Below are positions 42,682 to 53,318 of a DNA stretch of 64,000 nt, piece by piece. The DNA is from Acidilobaceae archaeon (GTDB lineage: Archaea; Thermoproteota; Thermoprotei_A; Sulfolobales; Acidilobaceae). Positions within the stretch are counted from its first letter, which is position 1. Each line of letters starts with the position of its first letter. The position numbers and the translations under genes are program-made. Where the stretch lies: contig JAWBBK010000005.1 of assembly GCA_038824665.1 (NCBI GenBank), positions 32,001 through 96,000 of the forward strand, in the 5' to 3' direction. The notes beneath the pieces are model-generated. The model saw only the letters and a list, made by a program, of their open reading frames with translations, was not told the origin of the DNA and ran no database searches.

Positions 42682-43313
42682 CTTAGCAAAGCCACTGAAG
42701 GTGACATCGTCTTCTTAACGTAAACGGTTTTTATCTTGTCAGCTCCTAACTTAGACTCTACCAAAGAAAGCACTGTTTTAGCGTTCTCTACAAGTTGTGA
42801 AATGCTAGTTCTTTCCGAACCGATCCTACAGCCTATCTGTGGCTGTCCTCTAGCTCTAAGCAAGACTGCTCTCTTATATCTCTCGACCACTTCCGCTATG
42901 TTTGCATTAGGCTGTACAGGCATTAACGCTTTACCTCTAGGTCCTAAAGCTGGGCCCAGGATTTTGCCAACCACACCCATTAGGTCAGCTCTCACTAAAA
43001 CCCAATCACAAGACTCTGCTAACTTTTTAGCTCCTTTCTTGTCTAGTGCTTGGATATCCTGTCTGGAAAAAACCCGGATGCCCTGGATGTTCTTCGCCGC
43101 TATCAGCATATCTCCTTCAGCTACTAGACAGATGCTTACATCTCTACCGATACCGTGAGGAAGGAAAACTACTTCTCTGAACCTGCCTTCTTGAGATTTA
43201 GGATCCACACCTTTCAACACTATCTGTAACTCTACTCCTTGGTCGAACCGTCTTTTCCCGAGTTCGAGAGCTTTAGATATGGCGTCTCGCAAAGCAACCT
43301 CATCTATAGGCAT
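42678..43313 (-). CDS. rpl1: 50S ribosomal protein L1
   Basis: RRFDQGVEL, LPHG, LGPALGPRGK, VKKTMSP; start set at ATG 43313. Confidence 0.96.
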
Positions 43314-43367
43314 CTCGCTTGCCCCCCAGGACTTCACATTATAAAGTCTTTAAAAGCGTTCTTGAAG

Positions 43368-43688
43368 CTAAGCTTTAAGCCACTTCTCTTCATATCGCTT
43401 CAGTAGCTCATCGTATAATCCTTTTTCTATTTCTGCAGTCACAAGCTTCGGGTCTTTTCCATTGACCGTTATCCCAATGCTCCTAGCCGAGCCCAATATC
43501 GTTTTGACCGCAGCTTTAAGACTCTTAGCTAAAAGATCTGGCTTCTTTTCGATAGCTATCTCTATGATTTTTTCTAAAGGCAGGTCTCCGATCTTCTTGT
43601 GAGCAGGGTCTCCGCTAGGCTCTGAAACGTTAACGGCTTTAAGTAACAGCTCAGTGGCGCTAGGTTTGACCTGACCTCCTTTTCCCAT
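43368..43688 (-). CDS. rpl11: Ribosomal protein L11, C-terminal rRNA-binding domain only
   Basis: [41 protein letters not shown]; no PPLGPALG N-domain. Confidence 0.88.
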   Translation of the reverse strand: MGKGGQVKPSATELLLKAVNVSEPSGDPAHKKIGDLPLEKIIEIAIEKKPDLLAKSLKAAVKTILGSARSIGITVNGKDPKLVTAEIEKGLYDELLKRYEEKWLKA

Positions 43689-43846
43689 ACGCTGCCCCTT
43701 CCGAAGCCTTATGACTGAAGCTTAAATAAGGTATAGCGCTGTTGATTTCTTGTCTACATCGTGAAGCCTAAACTTGATTTGGTGTTCACGATACTGAAAT
43801 GTTTTTAACTTTGCAACCAGCTAGCCCTTGCGGGGGCGTGTCAGGA

Positions 43847-44185
<339 letters not shown>

Positions 44186-44261
44186 AACAGACAAAGAGTC
44201 TCTTCAACACTCTTCTCACCCTAGCTTTATGTCCTCAGACTGGACTACCTGATTTTATAAG

Positions 44262-45440
44262 GTGAGGATCGTGCAACTGAAGTCTTTCACTTTAAGATAT
44301 GGTAAGACTCTAGTCTTTTTTCGGACCTGGAAGCCTTATGAGGCTCGAAAGCTTTTTGAAAGGTTCAAGCAGAGCGCTAGTAGTAACGGGGAGAAGAAGC
44401 GCTTTGATGAGTGGCGCTCTGAACGACTTCATGACTTTAGCTTCTAGACTAGGACTTGAAGTCTCCGTGTTTCAGGGAGTAGAACCAAACCCTACAGTTG
44501 ATATAGTCGATAAAATAGCTGAAACGGCTTGGCGTCAAAAAGCCGATCGCATAATTGCTCTCGGCGGCGGTAGCGTTATCGATGCAGCAAAGCTAGCGTC
44601 TGTAATCTCCGTCTGTGGATGTGAGGCAAGAGACTATCTTAAGGGGAGATGTTCTCCTTGTGGCTCATTACCTCTACTAGCGGTTAATCTAACTCATGGA
44701 ACCGGTAGCGAGATAAACAGATATAGCGTTATCTCAGAATCTCAGATCTAGAAAATAAAGTGAAGTTGGGGATAGCCAGCGACTACTTCTACCCTCTGGC
44801 CTCTGTCGACGATCCTTTATACACGTTCACAATGCCTCACGAGCAAATAATATATACAAGTCTTGACGCCTTTTACCACTTCATAGAGGCCGCTACGTCT
44901 AGAGCGTCTTCTCCTATGGTTGAAACTCTAGCCGAAGAAGGCGTTTCGCTAATAGCGAAGTTCTTACCAAAAGCGGTTAAAGAGCCAAACCTTTTGGAAG
45001 CCAGGTACTGGTTGATGTATTCAGCTCTCTTGGCCGGCATTGCTATCGATAACGCTAGAATTCATATAATACATGTACTTGAACACGTCCTAACGGGTCT
45101 GAATCCCAACTTAGCTCACGGAGCTGGTCTTGGAATCCTAGGACCTACAGCGCTTAAACGCGTGTGTTCCGAGGTTCTCGATATCTGTACGAGAATTCTT
45201 AGACCTATTCTTAACGCTGAAAACGGAAAGCCTGAGGAGATAGCTAGAGCTGTAGCCCGTTTTCAAGAATCTCTCGGATTTAGAGAAAAACTAAGTGATT
45301 ATGGCTTTAGTCCCGACCTAGCTGACGAAGTAGCTGAAAGAGCTCTCAGTCTATTTCCAATCCAGCTCGAATTAGCTCCTATAAGCGTCTCAAAGGAAGT
45401 CTTAAAAGAAGTCTACTTAGAAGTGGTGAGAAATAGTTAG
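44262..45440 (+). pseudogene. Iron-containing alcohol dehydrogenase with two frameshifts
   Basis: EPNP, GGGSVID, GTGSE, DAFYH..E, HVLEH, AHG motifs over three frames; extra T in T6 run at ~44316 and 8-bp duplication at 44731-44746. Confidence 0.88.
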
Positions 45441-45757
45441 AAAAAAGATAAACAAGAATGTCAAGATACTAACGTGTATGTCAGGAGTGAAAGAGATATT
45501 TTAAAAAAAGATATAGTATAGAACAAATCATATGTTCGCCTTTAGGCTATTATGATGGTTAAGACCCTATTAGCTACGTTAAAAGTCCTAACGTAGTCAG
45601 TATCGTTAAAACTTCTCTAGAACGATCCTTTCAACATTGAGAGAACATCAAACCTAGATCCTAACAGACAGTATATTAATCCCACGGACTAACGACGCTT
45701 TGTACGTGATGTTTTTAAAGATTTTGTACGTCAATAGTTTTTGGTCTTTCAGTAGGT

Positions 45758-47046
45758 GTGATTAGAATGACGTTAAGCAATTGGAAAGCTTGGCTTGGTC
45801 TAGCTCTTATTGTCTATCTATTTGTTGCACTTTTACTTAGAAGTAGAAGACCGACGATACCAGCATGGGGGGTTATGGCCTTTGCTTCGTTTCTTGTCGT
45901 TGTAACTGGACTGATCGGTCCTGATGATTTTCTCATGCAGTAGATATGGAAGTGATCCTGTTCTTAATCGGTATGTTTAGTATAGCTGGCCTTGCAGAGT
46001 CTTCGGGACTTCTAGACGCTATATCAATATGGGTGGTAACGAAATGTGGAAGAACAACAACCCTTATATATGTACTTTCTCTACTCTTCGGCGTTTTTGT
46101 AGCTATTGCTGTCAACGATACGGCTGCTCTAATGGGACCACCTATAGTCTACACCGTTTCAAAAGCGTTAAATATAGACCCTAAACCGCTGTTTCTCCTG
46201 CTAGCTTTCTCTCTCACTATAGGTTCTGTTGTAACACCTATTGGAAACCCACAGAATGTGCTTATAGCTATCGATTCCGGTATAGAGGCTCCGTTCATTA
46301 CATTCATGACAAAACTCCTTATACCGACAATAATAAACCTTATACTTACCGCGTTCTTACTGATAAAGATCTTCAGAATAGAAGATAAGCGTATAGAAAT
46401 AATGCTTATTCCACAAGAAGCCATTAGAAATAAAAGAGACGCTATTCTCGCCGGTATAGGGTTATTAATTTCTATAGTAGCCCTTGTCGTAAACGACATC
46501 TTTGAGTTATATGGATTGCCACACATAACCCATAGAGGGTTTATACCGTTTATTATTGCAACTGGACTGTATATATTTGCAAGTAACCCAAGAAAAATGC
46601 TTGCAGGAGTCGATTGGGGAACCATAATATTCTTTATAACAATGTTTATAACGATGGAAGGTATATGGAGAAGTGGCATACTAAACCCTATTTTAGATAC
46701 TTTAATGCCACAGAAAATCGATGGATTCGAAGGAGTATTGATGATCTCCTTTACATCGCTTCTACTAAGTCAGTTGCTGAGCAACGTTCCCTTCGTCAAA
46801 TTATTTATAAATCATATGAGAGACTTAGGTTACACAAGCAACGACGTAGATGCATGGATAGCTCTTGCAATGAGTTCAACAATAGCAGGTAATCTCACAA
46901 TACTTGGAGCAGCCTCTAACATAATCATACTCGAAATTCTTGAAAGTAGAATGGGTACAACGATAACGTTCATAGAGTTTCTCAAAGTAGGTAGCATAGT
47001 GACGATAGTTAACGTAAGTATATATCTGCTCTTCTTCATGATCTAG
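45758..47046 (+). pseudogene. ArsB/NhaD/SLC13-like anion permease, split by one frameshift near 45930
   Basis: AVNDT, TPIGNPQN, SNVP, AGNLT.LGAASN; N-terminal TM part in another frame. Confidence 0.78.
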
Positions 47047-47205
47047 TCTAGAGTCGCTACTTCAGGAGGTTTTCAAACAAATGTGAGAGACCTTAGCAAT
47101 GAGAAGCACGGCAGGGTATATCCGTAGAAAAGCTCAGCTTAAATAAGGCTCCTTCCACGAAGTCTCTGAAGAGGTAGAGCGCTTTAGGTGTTGAGGTGAA
47201 GCTTT

Positions 47206-48501
47206 GTGAAGTACATGATTAAAGCTAGAGTAGAAGTGGATGGAAAAGTCGGCAAGCATGACATAATAGGAGCTGTTTTCGGTCAGACAGAAGGTCTGTT
47301 AGGCTCAGAGTTTAATTTAGAAGACTTACAAGAAAAAGATAGAATAGGTAGAGTGCTAGTCGATGTGAAGTATGTGGGCAACAAGACTACGGGGATCCTA
47401 CAAGTGTCTAGCAATCTCGATAGAGTTGAGACTGCCATTTTAGCAGCGATGCTCGAAACCGTAGACAGAGTAGGACCTTATAACGCACGCGTGATAGTAG
47501 AAGAAGTACGAGATCTTAGAGCTGAGAAGATCAAATACGTTATCGATAGAGCTAAAGAGATACTGAAGAAGATCAGAGAAGAAGAGCCTGATGTAAAGGA
47601 GATCATCAGACAGATCGAAGAAGAGATGCTCAAAGCTCCTAAGATCATAGAGTTCGGTCCTGAGAAGCTACCTGCAGGACCTCAAGTCGAGTCTGCCGAT
47701 ACCCTGATCGTTGTTGAAGGAAGAGCTGACGTCGTGAACTTGTTGAGATATGGATATGAGAACGTCATTGCCCTAGAAGGAGCTAGAGAAAAAGTGCCTG
47801 AAAGCTTGAAGAAGCTAGCTGAAAACAAGAAGGTCGTTCTCTTCGTAGATGGCGATAGAGGAGGAGAGCTGATAATTATGAACGTCTTAGGTCAAATGAA
47901 AGTAGATTACATAGCGAGAGCTCCTAAAGACAAAGAAGTAGAAAAGCTCACAGCTAAAGAAGTAGCGAAAGCCTTAAGCGAGATGACTCCTGTTGATGAG
48001 TTCGTTAAAAGCCTAAAGCAACAGGCCGAAGCAGTATCAACAGCTAAACCCACAGTTCTACCAGAAGTAGAGGTAGTAGCTCCTGAAGCTAAGACAGAGA
48101 CAGCCACTGCTCCAGTAGCTGAAGCTATAGCCGAAGTAGCTCAGATGGCCGAGACTACAGCTCCAACTGTACAACCAGAACTTGAGGTCATCACGTTAGC
48201 TATACCTAAAAACATATTAGAAAGCGCGAGCAAACTCAAAGGCACTTTAGAGGCTATAGTTTACGACTCCTCATGGAACGAAGTAATGAGGGTCAAGGTA
48301 AAAGACCTCTTCAACGTTCTTCAAGGCGTAGAAGCTGGCAAAGTTTATGCTGTGATATTAGATGGAATAATCACCCAAAGGCTTGTAGACGTGGCTACAG
48401 AAAAGAATATATCGTTGCTCATAGGAGCTCGTGCTGGAAGCAAGGTGATTCCTAAGAGCCCTGCTTTACGGATGCTAACTTTCGCTGACTTGGGCATATG
48501 A
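47206..48501 (+). CDS. dnaG: Archaeal DnaG (TOPRIM, exosome-associated)
   Basis: GAVFGQTEGLLG, VVEGRADV, DGDRGG, DGIITQRL. Confidence 0.96.
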   Translation: MKYMIKARVEVDGKVGKHDIIGAVFGQTEGLLGSEFNLEDLQEKDRIGRVLVDVKYVGNKTTGILQVSSNLDRVETAILAAMLETVDRVGPYNARVIVEEVRDLRAEKIKYVIDRAKEILKKIREEEPDVKEIIRQIEEEMLKAPKIIEFGPEKLPAGPQVESADTLIVVEGRADVVNLLRYGYENVIALEGAREKVPESLKKLAENKKVVLFVDGDRGGELIIMNVLGQMKVDYIARAPKDKEVEKLTAKEVAKALSEMTPVDEFVKSLKQQAEAVSTAKPTVLPEVEVVAPEAKTETATAPVAEAIAEVAQMAETTAPTVQPELEVITLAIPKNILESASKLKGTLEAIVYDSSWNEVMRVKVKDLFNVLQGVEAGKVYAVILDGIITQRLVDVATEKNISLLIGARAGSKVIPKSPALRMLTFADLGI

Positions 48502-48509
48502 AAAGATGG

Positions 48510-50909
48510 TTAAGCAGAAGGACTCAAAAAGTCTAGAAGGCTTTTTTGTGAAGCTCCCTTGAGCTTCTTTTCTGATATCCCGAAAAACCCTAGTATTCTC
48601 ATAGCAGCTGGTATTGCTTGCTTCTCTATGTAGTAGTCAATATCGATCTCGTCAAGAGATGCCATGAAGTAGGGCTTTGCTCTAGCCGATAGAGGACCTG
48701 ACCCTTTTACTATCACGTAGCCTATCTTATCTCCAGGCTCGACACGAATTCCTGCTTTCATCATTATCCTAGCGGCCGTTACATGTGGTTGCTCCGCTTT
48801 GTACTCGTCAGGTCTTCGAGTCAGAGTTTTCCATATAACAAGCTTGTCTATGTTAACTTTTCTGTTCTTCAGAGAATCTATTAGCGAGTTCATGTACTCA
48901 ACAGCCTTCTCTGTAGACCCTGTCTTCAATATGATCTCCGCTACTCTAGCTTGAGCTTCTTTAGCCAGATCGCTCCAGTCTCCTCTCACAGCTTCAAATC
49001 CAACTACATCGATTTTCCCATCTATAGTTAGCCCCACATACCTCTTCTTAGCTTCGGTGAAAAAGACCTTTCTATAAACTTTGTCTATCTTTATGTCGAA
49101 ACCTAGCTCTCTTTCGACAAACTCTATCAGCTTGTTTATCTTATCTTCTTCATAACGCACAAAGAGGCTGTCCGTGTCTCCATATATAACAGGTAGGCCG
49201 ATCTCTCTAGCTTTAGCTACAGCTGACTTTATCAGAGCTCTGCCCCAAGCCGTTACTGCTTCAGCACACTCTCTACAATACCATCTAGCTGAAACCCAGC
49301 CCATATAACCGTAGCTAGCGTTAGCTAAGACCTTAATCGCCTTTTGCCTTTCATCTAGTAGCCTATATTCAGGCGAGTCTTTAGGCAACTTGTCCATGAC
49401 TTTCTTGATCTCTTTTCTCCACTTCAAGAACCTCTCTAAAACGTTCTTGAAGAAGCCAGGAGGCTCAGCTCTAAATCTGTGACCGATCTCAGGAGCTACG
49501 TAGACTTCTCCGAACTCTTCTCCCGATCTCACGAGAGTATCAGGGCCTATGTTGTACTTGACCATTATGTTAGGATACATGCTAGCAAAGTCTAGAACAG
49601 CTACGTTTTCATGTATGCCAGGCTTTGGCTCTAAGACTATAGCTCCCTCGTAGCTCTCCTCTCCTCTCCAGACTCTGTTGGGAACGAGTTCTTTTCGCTT
49701 GTACGCTTCTCTCATCAGCCTCCACTCAAGCCTATAGCCCACGCTAGCTGCGACAACCTGATCTAGAGGAAGTCCGCTGACCTGGCTTAGCTGAGCTCCA
49801 AATGGAAGTAGCTTTAAAGCGAGCCTCATAGTAGCCACAACGTCATCAGCTAAGTACTTATGTAATATAGGCCTCTTGGACTGGTCCATCCAGTACTCGC
49901 CTATTTGCCACCACTCTAAGTTGACTCTCTCTTCTTTGCTCATAACTCCAAGATAGTCGGCAACTTCATCTAGACTCTTCACTTTAACTTCATGGATCTC
50001 TGTAGCGAAGTCTAAGAGATCGACGTTAAGTCTTCCAGGAACTGAAACATGTCCGAAAGAGCTAGACTGAGGAACGCTACCTCTTCTCCTCCCTACGTCT
50101 AGAGGTATTCCGTGGATCTTGGCTCTTTCCATCAAATAAGGCCAGTCAAACCTGTTCTGATTGTAGCCTACTACTATATCTGGGTCTCTAGCTTTGATCT
50201 CTGAAACAAAGCTAGCGATAAGTTCTGAGTCGTTATTACCCTTGGCTTCTAATATTGTTGGCTCGCTATCGCCTGGATAGGACATCAAGCCAATCAATAT
50301 AACCGGGTCTTTTTTAGGGTTTGGAGTTCTCATTATATTAAAGACTTCTATGTCGAAAGCTAGGATTCTCAAACCTTCAAGAGGGTCTACGTTGACCTTA
50401 GACTCGTCTTCAAATATGTCGCCTACTACTTTGTAAGTCACATCTACTCCGTAATATCCAGGGTTCGAGTGTTCCTGAACTTCAGCAACATACCACCTCA
50501 TAGGATAGAGGTTTTTGTCTATCAGGAACCTCATAGCGAATCTTATATCTGCTTCGAGAACGTCCTTAACCCCTCTTATCTTAGAAACTTCTTCTCTATA
50601 ATCTCTTACTGCTGTCGGAACCACAGTGGTTATCTTTAAGGCTCTACATGGTCTTCCGTAGAGCTTCTTCTCAACTAGCTCCACTGAGACTATAGGACTT
50701 GACGACCTAGAGAGTTTCCTAACTTCTTCAGCAATCCTAGAAGGGTCTGCCCCCTCTTCTAAAAGAGCGTAGAAATAAGGCTTAAAGCCCTCGTATATGA
50801 GAACTGCTCTTCTATTGTCGTTGAGTCTAGCCCAGATTATGATCTTAGCTTCACCGCCTTGAACCTCATAACTCACGTCGAGAAGCTGAAAAGACACTCG
50901 CTGTGACAA
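48510..50909 (-). CDS. polB: Family B DNA polymerase (PolB3-type)
   Basis: AFDIE, YNQNRFD, DFASMYP, K..AN..YG, YGDTDS, C-terminal PIP box QKSLLDFL. Confidence 0.96.
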   Translation of the reverse strand: MSQRVSFQLLDVSYEVQGGEAKIIIWARLNDNRRAVLIYEGFKPYFYALLEEGADPSRIAEEVRKLSRSSSPIVSVELVEKKLYGRPCRALKITTVVPTAVRDYREEVSKIRGVKDVLEADIRFAMRFLIDKNLYPMRWYVAEVQEHSNPGYYGVDVTYKVVGDIFEDESKVNVDPLEGLRILAFDIEVFNIMRTPNPKKDPVILIGLMSYPGDSEPTILEAKGNNDSELIASFVSEIKARDPDIVVGYNQNRFDWPYLMERAKIHGIPLDVGRRRGSVPQSSSFGHVSVPGRLNVDLLDFATEIHEVKVKSLDEVADYLGVMSKEERVNLEWWQIGEYWMDQSKRPILHKYLADDVVATMRLALKLLPFGAQLSQVSGLPLDQVVAASVGYRLEWRLMREAYKRKELVPNRVWRGEESYEGAIVLEPKPGIHENVAVLDFASMYPNIMVKYNIGPDTLVRSGEEFGEVYVAPEIGHRFRAEPPGFFKNVLERFLKWRKEIKKVMDKLPKDSPEYRLLDERQKAIKVLANASYGYMGWVSARWYCRECAEAVTAWGRALIKSAVAKAREIGLPVIYGDTDSLFVRYEEDKINKLIEFVERELGFDIKIDKVYRKVFFTEAKKRYVGLTIDGKIDVVGFEAVRGDWSDLAKEAQARVAEIILKTGSTEKAVEYMNSLIDSLKNRKVNIDKLVIWKTLTRRPDEYKAEQPHVTAARIMMKAGIRVEPGDKIGYVIVKGSGPLSARAKPYFMASLDEIDIDYYIEKQAIPAAMRILGFFGISEKKLKGASQKSLLDFLSPSA

Positions 50910-51012
50910 CTAAAGCCCCACTTCTGTGTATTACGATTCGAACCTAAAGAGAGCTGAACGCTAATCTGATCGAAAAAGTGAAAAAGATGTAAAAAGCCTC
51001 GATATGTCAAGG

Positions 51013-51357
51013 CTAAAGCGATACGACCTCTATACCTAACTCCTTTAGCTTCTTCTTGACCTCTTGTATAGCGAGACTCTCGTCTGGTTTTAAAGTAGTC
51101 TTATCGAAGGGGTATTGGCTGAGCAGGAGAAACACATTGTTTTCTTCCAACACCAAGAAGAGCTGAGGAAGCCATGCCATTCCGAAATCGTCTTTCTCTC
51201 CATATTGATTTACAAAGACATAGTCTTCGAGTTTGACCTCTAAATCTATCCCTAGAGAACTAGCTAGTCTCTGAGCTAGTCTAAGCCAGTCTTTATGAAG
51301 AGGATGAAACTCTGCACTGACCAAGATTATCTTAGATGGTTTGACCACAGCGATCAC
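51013..51357 (-). CDS. Hypothetical protein, possibly Cys-less thioredoxin-like fold
   Basis: beta-HPLH-helix...WLPQLF pattern suggestive of a Trx cis-Pro loop. Confidence 0.55.
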   Translation of the reverse strand: MIAVVKPSKIILVSAEFHPLHKDWLRLAQRLASSLGIDLEVKLEDYVFVNQYGEKDDFGMAWLPQLFLVLEENNVFLLLSQYPFDKTTLKPDESLAIQEVKKKLKELGIEVVSL

Positions 51358-51382
51358 CGACTTCCGAGTTCAATAGTTAAAC

Positions 51383-52240
51383 CTATTTAGCTCTAGACCT
51401 TTCGATCTCTTCGCAGACGCTTTTCATGACCAGCGCGTCTTTATCTAAAAGAGGACTTTCGCTTATCACTACTGCTTCTACATTAGCGCTCAGATAGGCC
51501 TCACAGACTATGCTCCAATCAGGTCCATAGCCTTTCTCCGCTAAGACTTTATGTTCTCTCTCGCCACCCTTCCCGTACTCTATTTTAGAGAAATGAGTAT
51601 GTAAAGGTTTGATAGAAGCTGAGCCTAGCTCTTTTTCAATAAACTCTATAACTTTCAAAACGTCGTCTACTTTAGTCACGAATTTGCCCTCATATCTAGC
51701 GTAGATGTGAGCCCAGTCAACACATGGCTTACATCTTTCTATTTGTCTACATATCTCTACTACTTCTTCTACTGTACCTATTTGTGAGTCCTTTCCTAAA
51801 GTCTCGGGAGCTATTGTTGGAGTTTTAACCCAACTAGGCAAAAGGTCAAGAGCCTCTTTGTAAGTAGCTATTGCTCTTTCTAAGGCAATTTTCTTGCTAG
51901 GATTTCCTTTATAGTAACCTGTATGTATCACTACAGCTTCTGCTCCCATCCATTCAGCAGCTTTCAGGGACTCTACGATTCTCTCTATGCTTCTCAAAAC
52001 CACGTCTCTTTCCGGACTGGCTAAATTTATGTAATAAGGTCCATGGATAGAAACCTTTACGTCAAAAGCCCTAGCTTGAGAGCCTAAAGACCTAGCCTTC
52101 TCTTCTTTGACCTTTACTCCATGAACTGCTTCGTATTCGAAAGCGTCTAATCCTAGGCTTCTTAAATAGCTTGGCACTCCTTCGAGTTGTCCTTTGTAAT
52201 CTATTGGAAGACCTGCTGGACCGTAGCGTATTCTAGCCAA
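51383..52240 (-). CDS. Endonuclease IV / AP endonuclease family TIM barrel
   Basis: SIHGPYYINLAS, HTG, PETLGK, DWAH, HTHFS, GE..H, ESP. Confidence 0.9.
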   Translation of the reverse strand: MARIRYGPAGLPIDYKGQLEGVPSYLRSLGLDAFEYEAVHGVKVKEEKARSLGSQARAFDVKVSIHGPYYINLASPERDVVLRSIERIVESLKAAEWMGAEAVVIHTGYYKGNPSKKIALERAIATYKEALDLLPSWVKTPTIAPETLGKDSQIGTVEEVVEICRQIERCKPCVDWAHIYARYEGKFVTKVDDVLKVIEFIEKELGSASIKPLHTHFSKIEYGKGGEREHKVLAEKGYGPDWSIVCEAYLSANVEAVVISESPLLDKDALVMKSVCEEIERSRAK

Positions 52241-52290
52241 AAAGCACCACCGAAGTTCTACAAGCTTCTGAGAGCTTTAGGATGTAAACT

Positions 52291-52803
52291 CTAACTCTCG
52301 AAGAGAAGACTTTCAGCTACTCTAAAAGGATTAGCGTTAGGCCTTAAAACCTTGGTTCTCGCCATTATTGCCTGATGATGCTTGATCCAGCCTGGAAGAC
52401 TTGTTCTCAAAGCAAGCACAGAGACCTTAGGTCCTGCTTTCTCTAGAGCTTCGAGAAGACTGTCAGCAAGCCTACTCGGCTTCACAGAAGCTGACCAAAT
52501 TATAGAAGTTCGGATAGCTCTCGCCTTCCAGCTATATTCTATTACGAGTTCTAGAGCCTCTCCTAAAGCCTCTTCTATTTTAGGGCTCTTGCCCAAGTCA
52601 GGAGCGCTTTCATAGAGTTCAATGAGTTCTTTAGAGAAGTTATCGCTTGGATCCAGCACAGGTACAGCTCTGTCTCCATAAAAGATCACTGATACCCATG
52701 CTCCGCTCGATTTGATCAAGGAAAGCAGAGACTCCAAGATCCTCAAGGCTATCTCTTTGTTTATAGAGGAAGTCTTTTCTACAAGGACTATGACTAAGTT
52801 CAA
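52291..52803 (-). CDS. Degenerate VWA-like protein lacking intact MIDAS
   Basis: VIVLVEKTSSI at the DxSxS position; V.F...A.PVL shared with the neighbour. Confidence 0.55.
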   Translation of the reverse strand: MNLVIVLVEKTSSINKEIALRILESLLSLIKSSGAWVSVIFYGDRAVPVLDPSDNFSKELIELYESAPDLGKSPKIEEALGEALELVIEYSWKARAIRTSIIWSASVKPSRLADSLLEALEKAGPKVSVLALRTSLPGWIKHHQAIMARTKVLRPNANPFRVAESLLFES

Positions 52804-53318
52804 GATAAGAGTTCCTCCAAAGCCTTAGTGAGATCCGCTCTGCTTTGAACTCTTCTCACTAGCTCTTGAGAAACTTCTTGTAGAGTTCCACTGCCTATAA
52901 GCAGTATCCTTGTATCTACTTTAGAGTTCTTAGCGAACGCTAAAGCTAGACTTAAGGGTACTCCTCTTGTGATCTCTCCATCAGTTATCGCTATTAAGAC
53001 CTTAGGTCCTCTATGTTGTCTCAAGATCTTTACTCCCCACACTAACCCGTCTCCTAAAGAAGACCCCTCGTAGGTTTTCGTAACTACTGAGAGAGCTCTA
53101 ACGAAGTCTCCGTAAGATCTGGTCAGAGGAAGGATGGGCACTGCGTTTTCGTGAAAAACTACAAGTCCTACGCTAGCTCCTCTTTCGAGAGCCCTTCTAC
53201 CGGCAAAGGCTACGACCTCTAAGACTGCTGTTAGCTTGTTCGGCACTAGGTCTCCGTAAGGCTTTCCCATGCTCAAAGATATATCTATAACGAACGATAC
53301 TCCTTTATTTTCTAGCAA
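52800..53318 (-). CDS. Stand-alone VWA domain protein
   Basis: FVIDISLSM MIDAS, VGLVVF, ITDG. Confidence 0.88.
   Translation of the reverse strand: MLENKGVSFVIDISLSMGKPYGDLVPNKLTAVLEVVAFAGRRALERGASVGLVVFHENAVPILPLTRSYGDFVRALSVVTKTYEGSSLGDGLVWGVKILRQHRGPKVLIAITDGEITRGVPLSLALAFAKNSKVDTRILLIGSGTLQEVSQELVRRVQSRADLTKALEELLS

Noticed and set aside
48510-50909. Intein or inactivation in polB
   Set aside because: Normal length with intact exonuclease and polymerase motifs.
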